From NCBI GenBank assembly GCA_964016885.1, contig OZ024741.1, forward strand, positions 390,848,001 through 390,912,000: a stretch of 64,000 bases of DNA. Reading direction: 5' to 3'. Position 1 is the first letter of the stretch; every line of letters starts with the position of its first letter. This document shows positions 1-12,682 of this stretch, piece after piece. The notes under the pieces are model-generated. The model did not search any database and was not told the DNA's origin. It saw nothing but the letters and a program-made list of their open reading frames with translations. A program made the translations under genes and the position numbers. This DNA is from Eledone cirrhosa. Taxonomy: Eukaryota.

Positions 1-3000
1 CGTGGCGCCTACACGTCCACTTTACAGTGTGGGCTGGGTGCTTTTTTGCCGTGGCACCTCCACGACCACCTTGCGGTGGGGGGGGGGGGGCATATTGTTT
101 ATATGCTTCAGCATGTACCCATGGGAGGTCGGGTACCCTGTATTACTGCGTGACGCCAGAAGTCACGGTCGTGTGTCATTGACTTTGAGAGGTGTAGTTG
201 GGTAAGGTCGGCTTTTATCACCTCATCCCAAGTCATCTTGGGTCTCCCCACTCCGCGGTTTCCATCAACTTCTAGTGCTCTGCACCTTTTTATGCAGCTG
301 TCATCCTTCATACGCATCACATGTCCATACCAGCGTAACCGCCTCTCCTGCACGCAGCATTTGATTCCTCTTATGCTCAGTCTCTCTCTCAATTCATTTA
401 TGCTTTGTCGTTCACGTATATTACTGTTACACATCCATCGGAGCATGCAGGCTTCGTTTCTCTCTAATCTACGTAAGTCTTCCACCTTCAGCGCCCAGGT
501 CTCACTACCATGCAACATCGCTGTTCGGATACACGCATCATACAGTCTGCCTTTCATTCTGAGGGAGAAGCCTTTTGCAGCTAGCAGTGGTAGTAGTTCC
601 CTAAACTTCTTCCATCCCGTTCTTACCCTAGTTATTGTACTTTCTGAGCACCCACCTCCGTTGCTAATTCGGTCACCTAGGTAGCAGAAGCTGTCTACTG
701 TTTCTACAGGGCCCTCCCAGAGATTGGTGGTACTTGTTTCCTGTGGCTGTTTGCTTGCTGTTTCAGCACAGCTGCTGCATGTGAATCCTACATTCTTAAT
801 TAAGCTTCCTGAGATCCCGCTACATCTCTTGTGTACCCATTGTTTGCATTTGGGGCAAAGAATGGAGTTCCTACCTACACCTTTCCTACATACTGAGCAA
901 GGCCATTTCCCTGAGGGGATCTGGGTTCTGTTTTCTCGTCTACTTATAAGGACCTTAGTCTTTGTCATGTTGACTTTGAGGCCCTTTCTCTCTAGTCCCT
1001 GCTTCCAGGTTTGGAATTTATTCTCTAGTTCTACCATAGATTCAGCTATGAGTGCGAGGTCATCAGCATACAGGAGTTCCCATGGGCATCCGGTCTTAAA
1101 CTCCTCCGTTATTGCCTGCAGGACTATGATGAACAGGAGAGGGCTAAGAACAGAGCCCTGGTGGACCCCAACCTGTACGCTAAATTCCTCGCTATACTCA
1201 TTGCCAATCCTAACTTTGCTGACTGCTCCCCTATACATGGCTTGTACCGCTTTCACAAGCCATTCATCTACTCCTAGTTTTCTAAGAGCCCACCAGATTA
1301 CTGCACGTGGAACTCTGTCAAAGGCTTTCTCAAGGTCGACAAATGCCAAGTAGAGTGGCTTACTTTTAGCTAGGTACTTTTCCTGTAATTGCCTCACAAG
1401 GAAGAGCGCATCAGTGGTGCCTTTCCCTGGAACAAACCCAAATTGCATCTCGTCTATATTCACCCGGTCCCTAATCAGCTGTGCTATAACTCTTTCTGTT
1501 ACTTTCATGACCTGGTCCATCAACTTTATACCTCTATAGTTTCCTCTATCTAGTGCATCGCCTTTACCTTTGTAGCAGTTGACAATGATGCTACTGCACC
1601 AATCTTTTGGTATGGCCCCCTCTAGTATTACCTGGTTAACGATACGTGTGGTTATAGTGTGACCTACAGACCCAGATGCCTTCAGCATCTCGGCAGCTAT
1701 ACCCGATGGACCGGTTGCCTTCCCTATCTTCATATCTCTGATTGCCTTACTTACTACGCTGCCGCTGACTTGTACTGCTGGTCCCTCTATAGGGTCTACG
1801 TGGGGTAGGGTCTCTTCTTCCCATGCATTCTCCTCATTTAGTAATCTATCATAATGACTCTTCCATGCATCTTTCTTCTCAGCACTTGTGAGGGCAAGCT
1901 CACCTTTATCATTCCGGATACACTTCTCTCCAATGACATCACAACTATCTCTGACACACTGCCTCGCAATCTTGAATACCTCCTGTTTCTGGTCCTCACG
2001 TTGTAAAACATGCTTGAATTTTCTATCCTCTGCTTCCCTCCTAGCTAAGTATACTTGTCGCCTAGCTTCCCTCTTGGTCTCTATGTAATGTACCCTGCTC
2101 CCCCCGTTCTTCCATTCTTTCCATGCCTGTCTCTTGGCCTTGACTGCTTCATCTACCTTATTGTTCCACCACCAAGTCACTCTCCTCCTGCTTGAGGTCT
2201 TACTCCAGCCACAAACCTCATCCGTCGCCTCTAGTAAGTTATTTTTTAGGAACTCCCAGTTCTCTTCTACGTTAAATGTCTCTATCTGTTCTTCTTTACT
2301 GTCGTAGGCGTTGAGTAAAATATCTTTAAATCTGTTACTGGTTGAGGGGACTTTCAGCTTCCAGATCTTTCTTCTCCAGGTTGGCCTCTGTTTCAGGGCT
2401 CGTCTAGTTCTGACCGTGAGGTCGCTGACAACTAAGCTATGTTGGGATGTACATTCCTCACTAGGGAAGGCTTTTGTGTTTACGACCGTCCATCTGTCAC
2501 GTCCTCTGATGAGGATAAAATCTAACTGACTAGAGTGCTCCCCTGATCTATAGGTGATCAGGTGGTTGTCGGGTTTTTTAAAGTTTGTGTTACATATCGA
2601 CATGTCATTGGCGTCGCAGAATTCTAGAAGTCTGAATCCTTCCTCATTCCTTGTGCCAACTCCATGGCCTCCATGTACTCTATTGAAGCCGTCGCAGTGT
2701 TTACCTACGTGTCCGTTAAAATCTCCTGCAATGATTAGGAAGTCCTTGTCGTCTGTTAGAGCAGTAGTGTGTATTAGGGACTCGTAAAACCTATCCTTAA
2801 GTTCGTCTGGCAGCCCCGATTGGGGTGCGTAAGCTGATATTATTGTGGTAATTGTCTTATTCAGGACTAGTCTAAGTTTAATGATTCTTGCATTTACCCT
2901 GTACACTGAGATTACTTTATCTACCCACTTGTCAGCTAATAGTATACCTACACCACCCATCCCATCGTCATTTCCCACCCAGAAAAATTTGTAGCACTGG

Positions 3001-3470
3001 CTTTTTCCTACAAGGACTCTAGCAGACCCTCCTCTCCATCTAGTCTCTTGCACACAGCATACATCAACTTCCTTTCGCTCTAGCATTTCTACGATTTCTC
3101 CTGCTCTTCCTTTCATTGAGCCTACATTGATGGTACCAACTCGGAGTTTTGGGCATTTGTCGACACTCGTAGGGGAGGGTCTCTGGGTTGGCGCTTCACG
3201 TGGGTGCTTGGTAGCTCGCAGATTCATATTTCATCTATTGATTCAGAGTTGCTCGTGTATTCCCAGCTCATCCATCCCTAACGGTGGGAAAATTGAGGGC
3301 TAGAAGGACAGTGGTGGTGGGGTAATGGCAGGGTGTGTTGGGATGCGCCAGAGGAGGAGAGAGTTAGTTAGGCAGGTAGTAGCAGCAGCAGCAGTGGAAA
3401 TGGCATGCTAGGTTTGATTGGTCGAATAGACTATGGTGGTGTGTGGGGGTGGGGGGGAGGGAAATTGTGA
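1..3470 (-). mobile_element. Near full-length RTE LINE (5' UTR ~3228-3470, ORF, 3' UTR running off the window start)
   Basis: ORF above. Bases 1-107 match the 3' UTR subrepeat (ttacagtgtgggctgggtgcttttt) seen in other copies at ~17025-17090 and ~34710-34800. Confidence 0.85.
108..3227 (-). CDS. Intact RTE-clade non-LTR retrotransposon ORF (APE endonuclease + reverse transcriptase, with internal PHD-type finger)
   Basis: Uninterrupted 1039-aa ORF. APE motifs: GTINVGS, CVQETRW, SAYAPQ, IAGDFNGHVG, SQLDFIL, SQHSLV. RT motifs: NYRGIKL, QFGFVPG, FVDLEKAFD, GVHQGSVLSP, LYADDL, FCYLG. RTE-type C-terminus RLRWYGHVMRM...GRP..TW. Confidence 0.95.
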   Translation of the reverse strand: MNLRATKHPREAPTQRPSPTSVDKCPKLRVGTINVGSMKGRAGEIVEMLERKEVDVCCVQETRWRGGSARVLVGKSQCYKFFWVGNDDGMGGVGILLADKWVDKVISVYRVNARIIKLRLVLNKTITTIISAYAPQSGLPDELKDRFYESLIHTTALTDDKDFLIIAGDFNGHVGKHCDGFNRVHGGHGVGTRNEEGFRLLEFCDANDMSICNTNFKKPDNHLITYRSGEHSSQLDFILIRGRDRWTVVNTKAFPSEECTSQHSLVVSDLTVRTRRALKQRPTWRRKIWKLKVPSTSNRFKDILLNAYDSKEEQIETFNVEENWEFLKNNLLEATDEVCGWSKTSSRRRVTWWWNNKVDEAVKAKRQAWKEWKNGGSRVHYIETKREARRQVYLARREAEDRKFKHVLQREDQKQEVFKIARQCVRDSCDVIGEKCIRNDKGELALTSAEKKDAWKSHYDRLLNEENAWEEETLPHVDPIEGPAVQVSGSVVSKAIRDMKIGKATGPSGIAAEMLKASGSVGHTITTRIVNQVILEGAIPKDWCSSIIVNCYKGKGDALDRGNYRGIKLMDQVMKVTERVIAQLIRDRVNIDEMQFGFVPGKGTTDALFLVRQLQEKYLAKSKPLYLAFVDLEKAFDRVPRAVIWWALRKLGVDEWLVKAVQAMYRGAVSKVRIGNEYSEEFSVQVGVHQGSVLSPLLFIIVLQAITEEFKTGCPWELLYADDLALIAESMVELENKFQTWKQGLERKGLKVNMTKTKVLISRRENRTQIPSGKWPCSVCRKGVGRNSILCPKCKQWVHKRCSGISGSLIKNVGFTCSSCAETASKQPQETSTTNLWEGPVETVDSFCYLGDRISNGGGCSESTITRVRTGWKKFRELLPLLAAKGFSLRMKGRLYDACIRTAMLHGSETWALKVEDLRRLERNEACMLRWMCNSNIRERQSINELRERLSIRGIKCCVQERRLRWYGHVMRMKDDSCIKRCRALEVDGNRGVGRPKMTWDEVIKADLTQLHLSKSMTHDRDFWRHAVIQGTRPPMGTC

Positions 3471-4723
3471 GGTAGGAACTGAGGGTCGCATGGTAAATAT
3501 CCAAGTTAATACTACATCAGTAAAATTAACAATAATAACGTCATGAAAAAAGCTACTAAGAGAAACCCTCGAAAATTTATCGCTAATACAGCAGGGAAAA
3601 TTTAACGCTAATACAGCAGGGAACATCATAATATTAACGACATGAAAAAGCTACTAAGAGAAACCCTCGAAAATTTATCGCTAATACAGCAGGGAAAATT
3701 TAACGCTAATACAGCAGGGAACATCATAATATTAACGACAATATGTAGGCTAAAATACCTTCGTAGATTAGGTGGATGGCTGGCTGGGAAAATTTGAATC
3801 AGCTCAGTGGTACATTTTAGCAGAGAAGAATGGCAAAGTGTCTTATCTCTTCAATATTTTCAGATTGAATGAATTAGGTTAAAGACAGGGTAGTAAGCCT
3901 TAAAGAAGTGCATAGAGGGGGGGGGGGGGGGGGGGTAGGAACTGAGGGTCGCATGGTAAATAACTGAGAGAGATACAATAGGATTAGAATACCGCATGGT
4001 AAATATCCAAGTTAATACTACATCAGTAAAATTAACAATAATAACGTCATGAAAAAAGCTACTAAGAGAAACCCTCGAAAATTTATCGCTAATACAGCAG
4101 GGAAAATTTAACGCTAATACAGCAGGGAACATCATAATATTAACGACATGAAAAAGCTACTAAGAGAAACCCTCGAAAATTTATCGCTAATACAGCAGGG
4201 AAAATTTAACGCTAATACAGCAGGGAACATCATAATATTAACGACAATATGTAGGCTAAAATACCTTCGTAGATTAGGTGGATGGCTGGCTGGGAAAATT
4301 TGAATCAGCTCAGTGGTACATTTTAGCAGAGAAGAATGGCAAAGTGTCTTATCTCTTCAATATTTTCAGATTGAATGAATTAGGTTAAAGACAGGGTAGT
4401 AAGCCTTAAAGAAGTGCATAGAGGGGGGGGGGGGGGTAGGAACTGAGGGTCGCATGGTAAATAACTGAGAGAGATACAATAGGATTAGAATACCGCATGG
4501 TAAATATCCAAGTTAATACTACATCAGTAAAATTAACAATAATAACGTCATGAAAAAAGCTACTAAGAGAAACCCTCGAAAATTTATCGCTAATACAGCA
4601 GGGAAAATTTAACGCTAATACAGCAGGGAACATCATAATATTAACGACATGAAAAAGCTACTAAGAGAAACCCTCGAAAATTTATCGCTAATACAGCAGG
4701 GAAAATTTAACGCTAATACAGCT
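3471..4723. repeat. Tandem array of ~2.6 copies of a ~460-500 bp unit with an internal ~98 bp duplication and poly-G
   Basis: ggtaggaactgagggtcgcatggtaaa recurs at 3471, 3934 and 4435. Units are near-identical, and identical small ORFs start at 3629, 4135 and 4636. Confidence 0.9.
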
Positions 4724-4911
4724 AATATATATATAATATATATAATATATATATATAATATATATAATATATATATATAATATATATATAATATATATAT
4801 ATAATATATATATAATATATATATATAATATATATATAATATATATATATAATATATATATAATATATATAATATATAATATATATATAATATATATAAT
4901 ATATAACATAT

Positions 4912-4945
<34 letters not shown>

Positions 4946-4977
4946 AATATAGTTTGTCGTTCCTGGGACGGGAAAAT

Positions 4978-5057
4978 GCTTCTCTAATGAGCTTTGGTTT
5001 TCCATCATAAATCTATCGGATTTATGAGGTTTTACAAAGCGAAACTGAAGTAAGGGC
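4978..5057 (+). ncRNA. Hammerhead ribozyme copy with mutated core (CTAATGA)
   Basis: Paralog of 5467-5548 with a G5>A change in the catalytic box. Confidence 0.55.
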
Positions 5058-5466
5058 CACTAGAAGAGGTAAATATTTATATTTATATTATATTTTTTAA
5101 TGTATTTTGAAAAATTGATTGAATTTTACTTGTTCTGCTTATCTTAATATTAAAGTTCTGGTGTATCAAATTAACACCATTGAACAACCTTGAATCATAG
5201 ACAACCTATGTATTTCTAGGGGTACCTAGTATCCCTGGACATATTAACTTCTACCTTTTTCTCCGTCCGTTGAGAACAAATCTGTTGCTCTACTTGGCTG
5301 CTATTTTTTTAGTAGTAATTGTAGACAGCAAGTCTTTGATTTTCCCGCTTTTACTTCGGTCCAGTTTACATACGGGTCAATTTTACGACCTTTCAGACCT
5401 TTATTAGCTGGCAGGAGGTTGTATATTTTGTCGTTCCTGGGACGTTTAGCCCTAGGAAGGGAAAAT

Positions 5467-5548
5467 GCTTCTCTGATGAGCTTTGGTTTTCCATCATAAA
5501 TCCATCGGATTTATGAGGTTTTACAAAGTGAAACTGATCAGTAAGGGC
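5467..5548 (+). ncRNA. Type I hammerhead ribozyme
   Basis: CTGATGA (5473). Stem II GCTTTG...CAAAGT with inner hairpin TCATAAATCC/GGATTTATGA. GAAA, palindromic stem III CTGATCAG, GUA cleavage triplet. Stem I is short. Confidence 0.7.
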
Positions 5549-5820
5549 CACTAGAAGAGGTAAATATTTATATTATATTTTTTAATGTATTTGAAAAATT
5601 GATTGAATTTTACTTGTTCTGCTTATCTTAATATAAATATAATATATATATATATAATATATATATATAATATATATATAATATATAATATAATATATAT
5701 AATATATATATATATATATATAATATATATATATATATAATATATATATATATAATATATATATAATATATATATAATATATATAATATATATATAATAT
5801 ATAATATATATATAATATAT

Positions 5821-5875
<55 letters not shown>

Positions 5876-5913
5876 ATATATATATATATAATATATATAT
5901 ATATATATAATAT

Positions 5914-5945
<32 letters not shown>

Positions 5946-6110
5946 ATATATATAATATATAATATATATATATATAATATATATATATATATAATATATA
6001 TATGTGTAAATGAAGTAATTCCATCGGAAAAGTCCAGGAAAAAAGAGTGCTCTATGTAAGCAACAGAGCTTAATTATTATTATTATGTAATAAACAACAT
6101 AAGGCAATTA

Positions 6111-6170
6111 TTCCATTTACCAGTGGTTTCTTAAAAGCAAAGGTTTTGCTTTCAATCCTCAGAATGAAAA
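6111..6170 (-). ncRNA. Type I hammerhead ribozyme
   Basis: Minus strand: TTTCATT-CTGAGGA-TTGAAAGCAAA(acc)TTTGCTTTTAA-GAAA-CCACTGG-TA-AATGGAA. All three stems pair; GUA triplet. Confidence 0.85.
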
Positions 6171-6382
6171 ATCCTGGTTTGTTTATTGAATATGGATTCT
6201 AAAAACGAAAATGCAATCTATATGAAAGTGAGGCTGCAAAAGGGAGGAGGAAAGGAAAAATAAAATAAAATAAAACTACACATGCAAACACACACAAAAA
6301 AACCCAAAAGCATACTTACACACACACACATATATATACACATATAATTTGCACGCATACACACATACACATACACATACAT

Positions 6383-6427
<45 letters not shown>

Positions 6428-6513
6428 CACATACATACACATATATATATATATAAAAAAAAAAAGAGCGTACACCTACACACACATACACATATATATA
6501 CACACATATACAC

Positions 6514-6801
6514 TCAGATAAACGAACATCAACGGCCCTCGCAAGTAAGGTATGGGATCTCAAGGATAGTAATATCCCGTACTCTATTGATTGGTCTATA
6601 TTAGACCATTCGAGGGAGTACCAAAGGGGCACAAAGAATTGTTCTTTGTGTACCACAGAAAAGTATAGGATTTTGCTGAACTTGAGAGACACTTCCGCTT
6701 GCCTTAACTCTAAGACTGAGATCTTCAGATGCTGTCCTCATCTGAAATCGCATCTGATCTGTAACTGGATTGACACTCCTACGATAAATCAACCGCCTTG
6801 A
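6514..6801 (+). pseudogene. PLE GIY-YIG endonuclease C-terminal fragment
   Basis: Manual translation SDKRTSTALASKVWDLKDSNIPYSIDWSILDHSREYQRGTKNCSLCTTEKYRILLNLRDTSACLNSKTEIFRCCPHLKSH... fits the PLE T.LS..W.LK / W.IL / CxLCxxEK / LNxxxE / CxH pattern. Confidence 0.8.
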
Positions 6802-7089
6802 ACTCCTTCTCTGCTCTTTACTTTTGCTACGGCTTTTATTTTGCTGCTTCTACCTTCTGTACTCTTGTATTTAAAAAATATATTTTTTTCTCCCTTACCT
6901 CCCTTTATATTTTTACCTCCTCTAGGCCCCCCACCCCATATATTCTTTTTGTTTTGCCCTTCACATACCTATGTGTATGTGTATGTATTTTTGTGTGTAT
7001 ATATGTATATGTGTACGTACATGTTTGTGTATGTATATATATGTGTATGTATGTGTGTATGTGTATGTGTGTGTATGTGTGTATATATG

Positions 7090-7120
<31 letters not shown>

Positions 7121-7195
7121 GTACATATATATATATATGTGTATATATATATATATGTGTGTGTGTGTGTCTGTATGTGTGTATGTATTTGTATA

Positions 7196-7255
7196 TTTCA
7201 TTCTGAAGATTGAAGGAAACTTTTTTTGCTTTTAAGAAACCTCTGGTGAATGGAT
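7196..7255 (+). ncRNA. Degenerate hammerhead paralog
   Basis: CTGAAGA...GAAACCTCTGGTG-AATGGA. Stem II is weakened and the triplet is non-permissive GUG. Confidence 0.55.
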
Positions 7256-7400
7256 TAATTGCCTTGCATGGCTTTATTACTTTACTACTATATATACGTT
7301 TATGTAAGGTTCATTTGTCTTATCTAATACTGAGCTTTACACATACACACATGTATATGTGTGTGTGTATGTGTATGCATGTGTGTATGTGTGCGTGTAC

Positions 7401-7450
<50 letters not shown>

Positions 7451-7737
7451 GTGTATATATATGCGTGTATATATATGTGTGTATATGTATGTGTGTATAT
7501 ATGTATATGTACGTGTATGTATGTATATGTTGCGTGTGTTTTTATTTATTTTTACGTATGTGTGGGTTTGTGTGTGGGTGTGTGTGTGTGTATATATGTG
7601 TGTGTGTTTGTATTTGGTTGTGCGTTCTTTTGATATATACGTATTTGCATGTGTATAATTGTTTAGCTATGTATGTATATGTGTGTTTACGTATTTATAT
7701 TTTTATATGTGTGTGTGCGTTAATATTTATATTTTTG

Positions 7738-7780
<43 letters not shown>

Positions 7781-8179
7781 GTGTGTGTGTGTGTATATAA
7801 TTACATATACATGTGTGTGTTTATATTGTATACGTGTACGTGTTTGCGTATGTATGTGTATGTACGTGTTTATGTATTTGTATATGTATATTTATGTGTG
7901 AGAGTGTGTGTATGTGTTTACTATTTCGAACGTATGTATATGCGCTTATGTGTGTATTACTTACCACGCGTGTCTGTCCTGTTAGCTGGGGCATGTATCG
8001 CTGTCAAATATTTGTTAATATTATTTATATATTTTTTTCTTATATTTATTTGCGTGTGTTAATATGTAGTGGAGTGCATTCATGTATGTGTATGTATGTA
8101 CGTTGTATGTTTGTGTGAATGTATGTATATGTGTGTGTATATATATGTGTGTGTGTATGTGTAGGCTTGTACACACACA

Positions 8180-8212
<33 letters not shown>

Positions 8213-8239
8213 ATGTATATGTGTATATGTGTGTATATG

Positions 8240-8282
<43 letters not shown>

Positions 8283-8309
8283 TGATATGTACATGTGTAT
8301 ATATATGTA

Positions 8310-8347
<38 letters not shown>

Positions 8348-8445
8348 CGTGTGTATGTATGTGTATATGTGTGTATATATATGTGTATGTGTGTGTAGGT
8401 GTACGCTCTTTTTTTTTTATATATATATATATGTGTATGTATGTG

Positions 8446-8496
<51 letters not shown>

Positions 8497-8708
8497 ATGT
8501 ATGTGTATGTGTATGTGTGTATGCGTGCAAATTATATGTGTATATATATGTGTGTGTGTGTAAGTATGCTTTTGGGTTTTTTTGTGTGTGTTTGCATGTG
8601 TAGTTTTATTTTATTTTATTTTTCCTTTCCTCCTCCCTTTTGCAGCCTCACTTTCATATAGATTGCATTTTCGTTTTTAGAATCCATATTCAATAAACAA
8701 ACCAGGAT

Positions 8709-8769
8709 TTTTCATTCTGAGGATTGAAAGCAAAACCTTTTGCTTTTAAGAAACCACTGGTAAATGGAA
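8709..8769 (+). ncRNA. Type I hammerhead ribozyme
   Basis: Inverted twin of 6111-6170: CTGAGGA at 8717, GAAA at 8750, GUA triplet. Confidence 0.85.
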
Positions 8770-8799
8770 TAATTGCCTTATGTTGTTTATTACATAATA

Positions 8800-9630
<831 letters not shown>

Positions 9631-9970
9631 AGTGATTGTCTTGCTCGCATAGGACTGTCTGGCAGGTTTTCTACAGTTGGATGCCCTTCCTAACACCAAC
9701 CACATTTACAGTGTGGGTCTGGGAGGTTTTTATCGTGGTGCCGACACGGCCACATTACAGCGTGGACTGTGTGTTTTTTTTGTCGTGACACCTACACGAT
9801 CTCATTTGTTTCGGCCTGGATGGCGCGGCACCAACATAACTTTACATAGAACGGGGTGGGGGTGGGGTGTATTTTGTTAGAGATGCTTACTGGCTGGAGT
9901 AGGTTTTACTATGTATTTAGGTAAGGCGGGTCTTCTCTGTTACTGAGTACCGCCAAAGGTCTCGGTCCAG
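9631..9970 (-). mobile_element. RTE 3' UTR fragment
   Basis: Near-identical reverse complement of 24363-24660. Confidence 0.8.
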
Positions 9971-10324
9971 TGACATATATTATATTTATATATATATTAT
10001 ATTTATATTATATATATTTATATATATATTATATTTATATTATATATATTTATATATATATATATTTATATATATATTATATTTATATATATATTATATT
10101 TATATATATATTATATTTATATATATATTATATTTATATATATTTAATACAATAACAGATAGTTTAAAACTAAACTCTGACTGGTAACCATCTCACTCAA
10201 CAAACATTAGGTTATATTTAAATATAAACCCAATTTTAGTGTTTGGGGTGCTAACAATATGTATAATGTGGAAAAGACAGTTGTATTATTTTATGAGATA
10301 TAATTAAAGTTAAAGTATATCTCT

Positions 10325-10449
10325 TTCCAAACAATTGTTTCATTATAAGTTTTCTACAAGTTGGGAGAATGTTTCCAGTTTATGTAGAAGCCTAATATAT
10401 ATTCATGTAAGAATATATTTAGGTGGGCATTTATAAATCATCAGTGGAA
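10325..10449 (-). ncRNA. Type I hammerhead ribozyme with long stem II
   Basis: Minus strand: TTCCA-CTGATGA-TTTATAA...TTATAAT-GAAA-CAATTG-TT-TGGAA. Stem I is 5 bp, stem III is palindromic, GUU triplet. Confidence 0.7.
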
Positions 10450-10592
10450 GCCCGTTAAACTTTGATATAAGAAAATATATATATATTATATTTATATATA
10501 TATATTATATTTATATATATTATATATTATATATATATATTATATTTATATATATTATATATTATATATATATATTATATATATATATTATA

Positions 10593-11445
10593 TCTATATA
10601 TATAAAACTGTGGTTGTCTGTCTGTCTATCGATTTTTGGCACACATCTCCTCTTAGAATCTCTCACGGAATTGCACCGAAATTGCTAGACTTGTACATTC
10701 AGCCCTAGCGAAGACATCGGAAAAAAAAAAATTTCAAATTGACCCACCCTATGTGACGAAATCGAATATAATGTATCGATATTTGAGCGTAAGTTATCAG
10801 TTATTTCCCTTTGTTCTGTTTACATTGAGCGTCTTACGTAAAAAATTACGCTGGCTTTCTCAGCGTTTAAAATGACATTAACACAATACACGAACATTCG
10901 AACACTAAGCTTCCGTTTTGCTTCATTTCCATTTAAAAGCATTTTAAAACAATATTTTTACTTGAAAACAAGTCTATTTAAAGACTACGTAAAACAAGCA
11001 AATATTTCAGGCGTGCAGACAGACAGACAGTCGTGTAGAGAGGTGATATAGGCGTGCAGACAGACAGTCGTGCAGAGAGGTGATATAGACGTGCAGACAG
11101 ACAGTCGTGCAGAGAGGTGATATAGGCGTGCAGACAGACATAATTGATAATTTGGTTACGCTAATGTTTTTCTCTGCGTTGCAGTGTTTACATTTTCGAT
11201 CTTTGTTAATAAATAACTAGTGCAGTTTCTATCCCCAGCATCCTCTTTTGTTATAACATTCGGGTTATCGTTATGTTTTCTTAACTTCATAAGGCATATT
11301 GTTGGTTGAGGGAATATTAATCAAAAACACCACATGCAAGTCTGCACAGTAGACACTACAGTTTTTAAGCCAAGAAAGAAACTTAACATTGTAACTTTAA
11401 CACAGCTACTGAGCGACCCCGAGCAACGCCGGGCTTTACTGCTAG
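10593..11445 (+). mobile_element. Non-autonomous Helitron-like element
   Basis: 5' TC(TA)nAAAACTG..(CTGT)n. 3' hairpin CCCG-agcaacgc-CGGG followed by CTAG. Sits between A and T. Internal 37-bp tandem repeat at ~11010-11140. Confidence 0.75.
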
Positions 11446-11615
11446 TATATTATATTTATATATATTATATATCTATATTATATGTATTATATTTATATAT
11501 ATTATATTTATATATATATTATATATATATTATATATATATATATATATTATATATATATATTATATATATATATATATTATATATATATATATATATTA
11601 TATATATATATATAT

Positions 11616-11728
<113 letters not shown>

Positions 11729-11744
11729 ATGTATAAAATCAATA

Positions 11745-12638
11745 CAATATAATTACCTCATTACCAGAGGTTTCCCGAATGAGGCGAATACAAAATAAAC
11801 GACTTCATTCGTTCGTCAGACGAGGCAATATAAAACATGGGCAAATACTTAGAAAAATACTTAAAAAAACACATCAAGAAAATCAAAAAAATATATAGAT
11901 AAATGAAATAGAAATTGAAATATATAAAAATCTATCAAGAAAAATAGTTAGGTGTGTGTATGTGTATGTATATACGCTCATAGATGTGCATATATGTATA
12001 TGTGCACGTGTAAATGTATGGTTAGAAAGTGTGCGTAAATATAAAAATTTAGGGCAAATGTATCTATATGTCTGTATTATACAGACGGAAATGGTTACTT
12101 CGTAAAAATAAGAATATAAAGTCGCGCGCATAAAAACGCCTGGACACTCGTACACTTAGATGCGGAAAGAAAGGAGGTAAAGAGAGTATAATAAATAAAA
12201 GAAAAGTATCTATTACGATATATTTATAAAAATATAGTAACGATAAATTAGAAAGAAAGACAAGATAGAAAGAAAAAATTAAAGAAAACAAAAAAAGCGG
12301 GGGTACATAAATACACAGACACGCGTGTCTCACAAAAGAAATGTAAAAATAATCATGCTTATATACACACGCGCACTTACACTTCCATACGTTCGATACG
12401 TACATACACACACACACACACACATACTTATACTCGCGCATATAAACCTGTTTGTATGCCCATGTATGAAACTGGGTAAGTAACAAAAGAGGGAAGGGGG
12501 GGGGGGGAGAAGAAAAAAGAAACAAAAAAATATATATAAAACCGAAATGTCAAAAACACGGATATAAAGACACTTACACATACGCATAATATATACATAC
12601 ACACACACAAACACCAGTACACACACGCATACATACAC

Positions 12639-12682
<44 letters not shown>

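Larger units (their letters stand above)
4953..5633 (+). mobile_element. Tandem ~200 bp direct repeats (4953-5150, 5428-5633), each carrying a hammerhead motif; retrozyme or Penelope pseudo-LTR-like
   Basis: Direct repeat visible in the sequence, flanked on both sides by (TA)-rich arrays. Confidence 0.6.

Noticed and set aside
2500-2520. CTGATGAG matches here and at ~42088, ~47195 and ~60379
   Set aside because: No correctly placed GAAA/UH with pairing stems; chance matches, not hammerheads.
238-2787. Plus-strand ORFs overlapping the RTE ORF
   Set aside because: Antisense shadows of the LINE coding sequence.
3408-4636. Three repeated small ORFs (MMFPAVLALNF...)
   Set aside because: By-products of the tandem repeat, with different C-termini and no recognisable domain.
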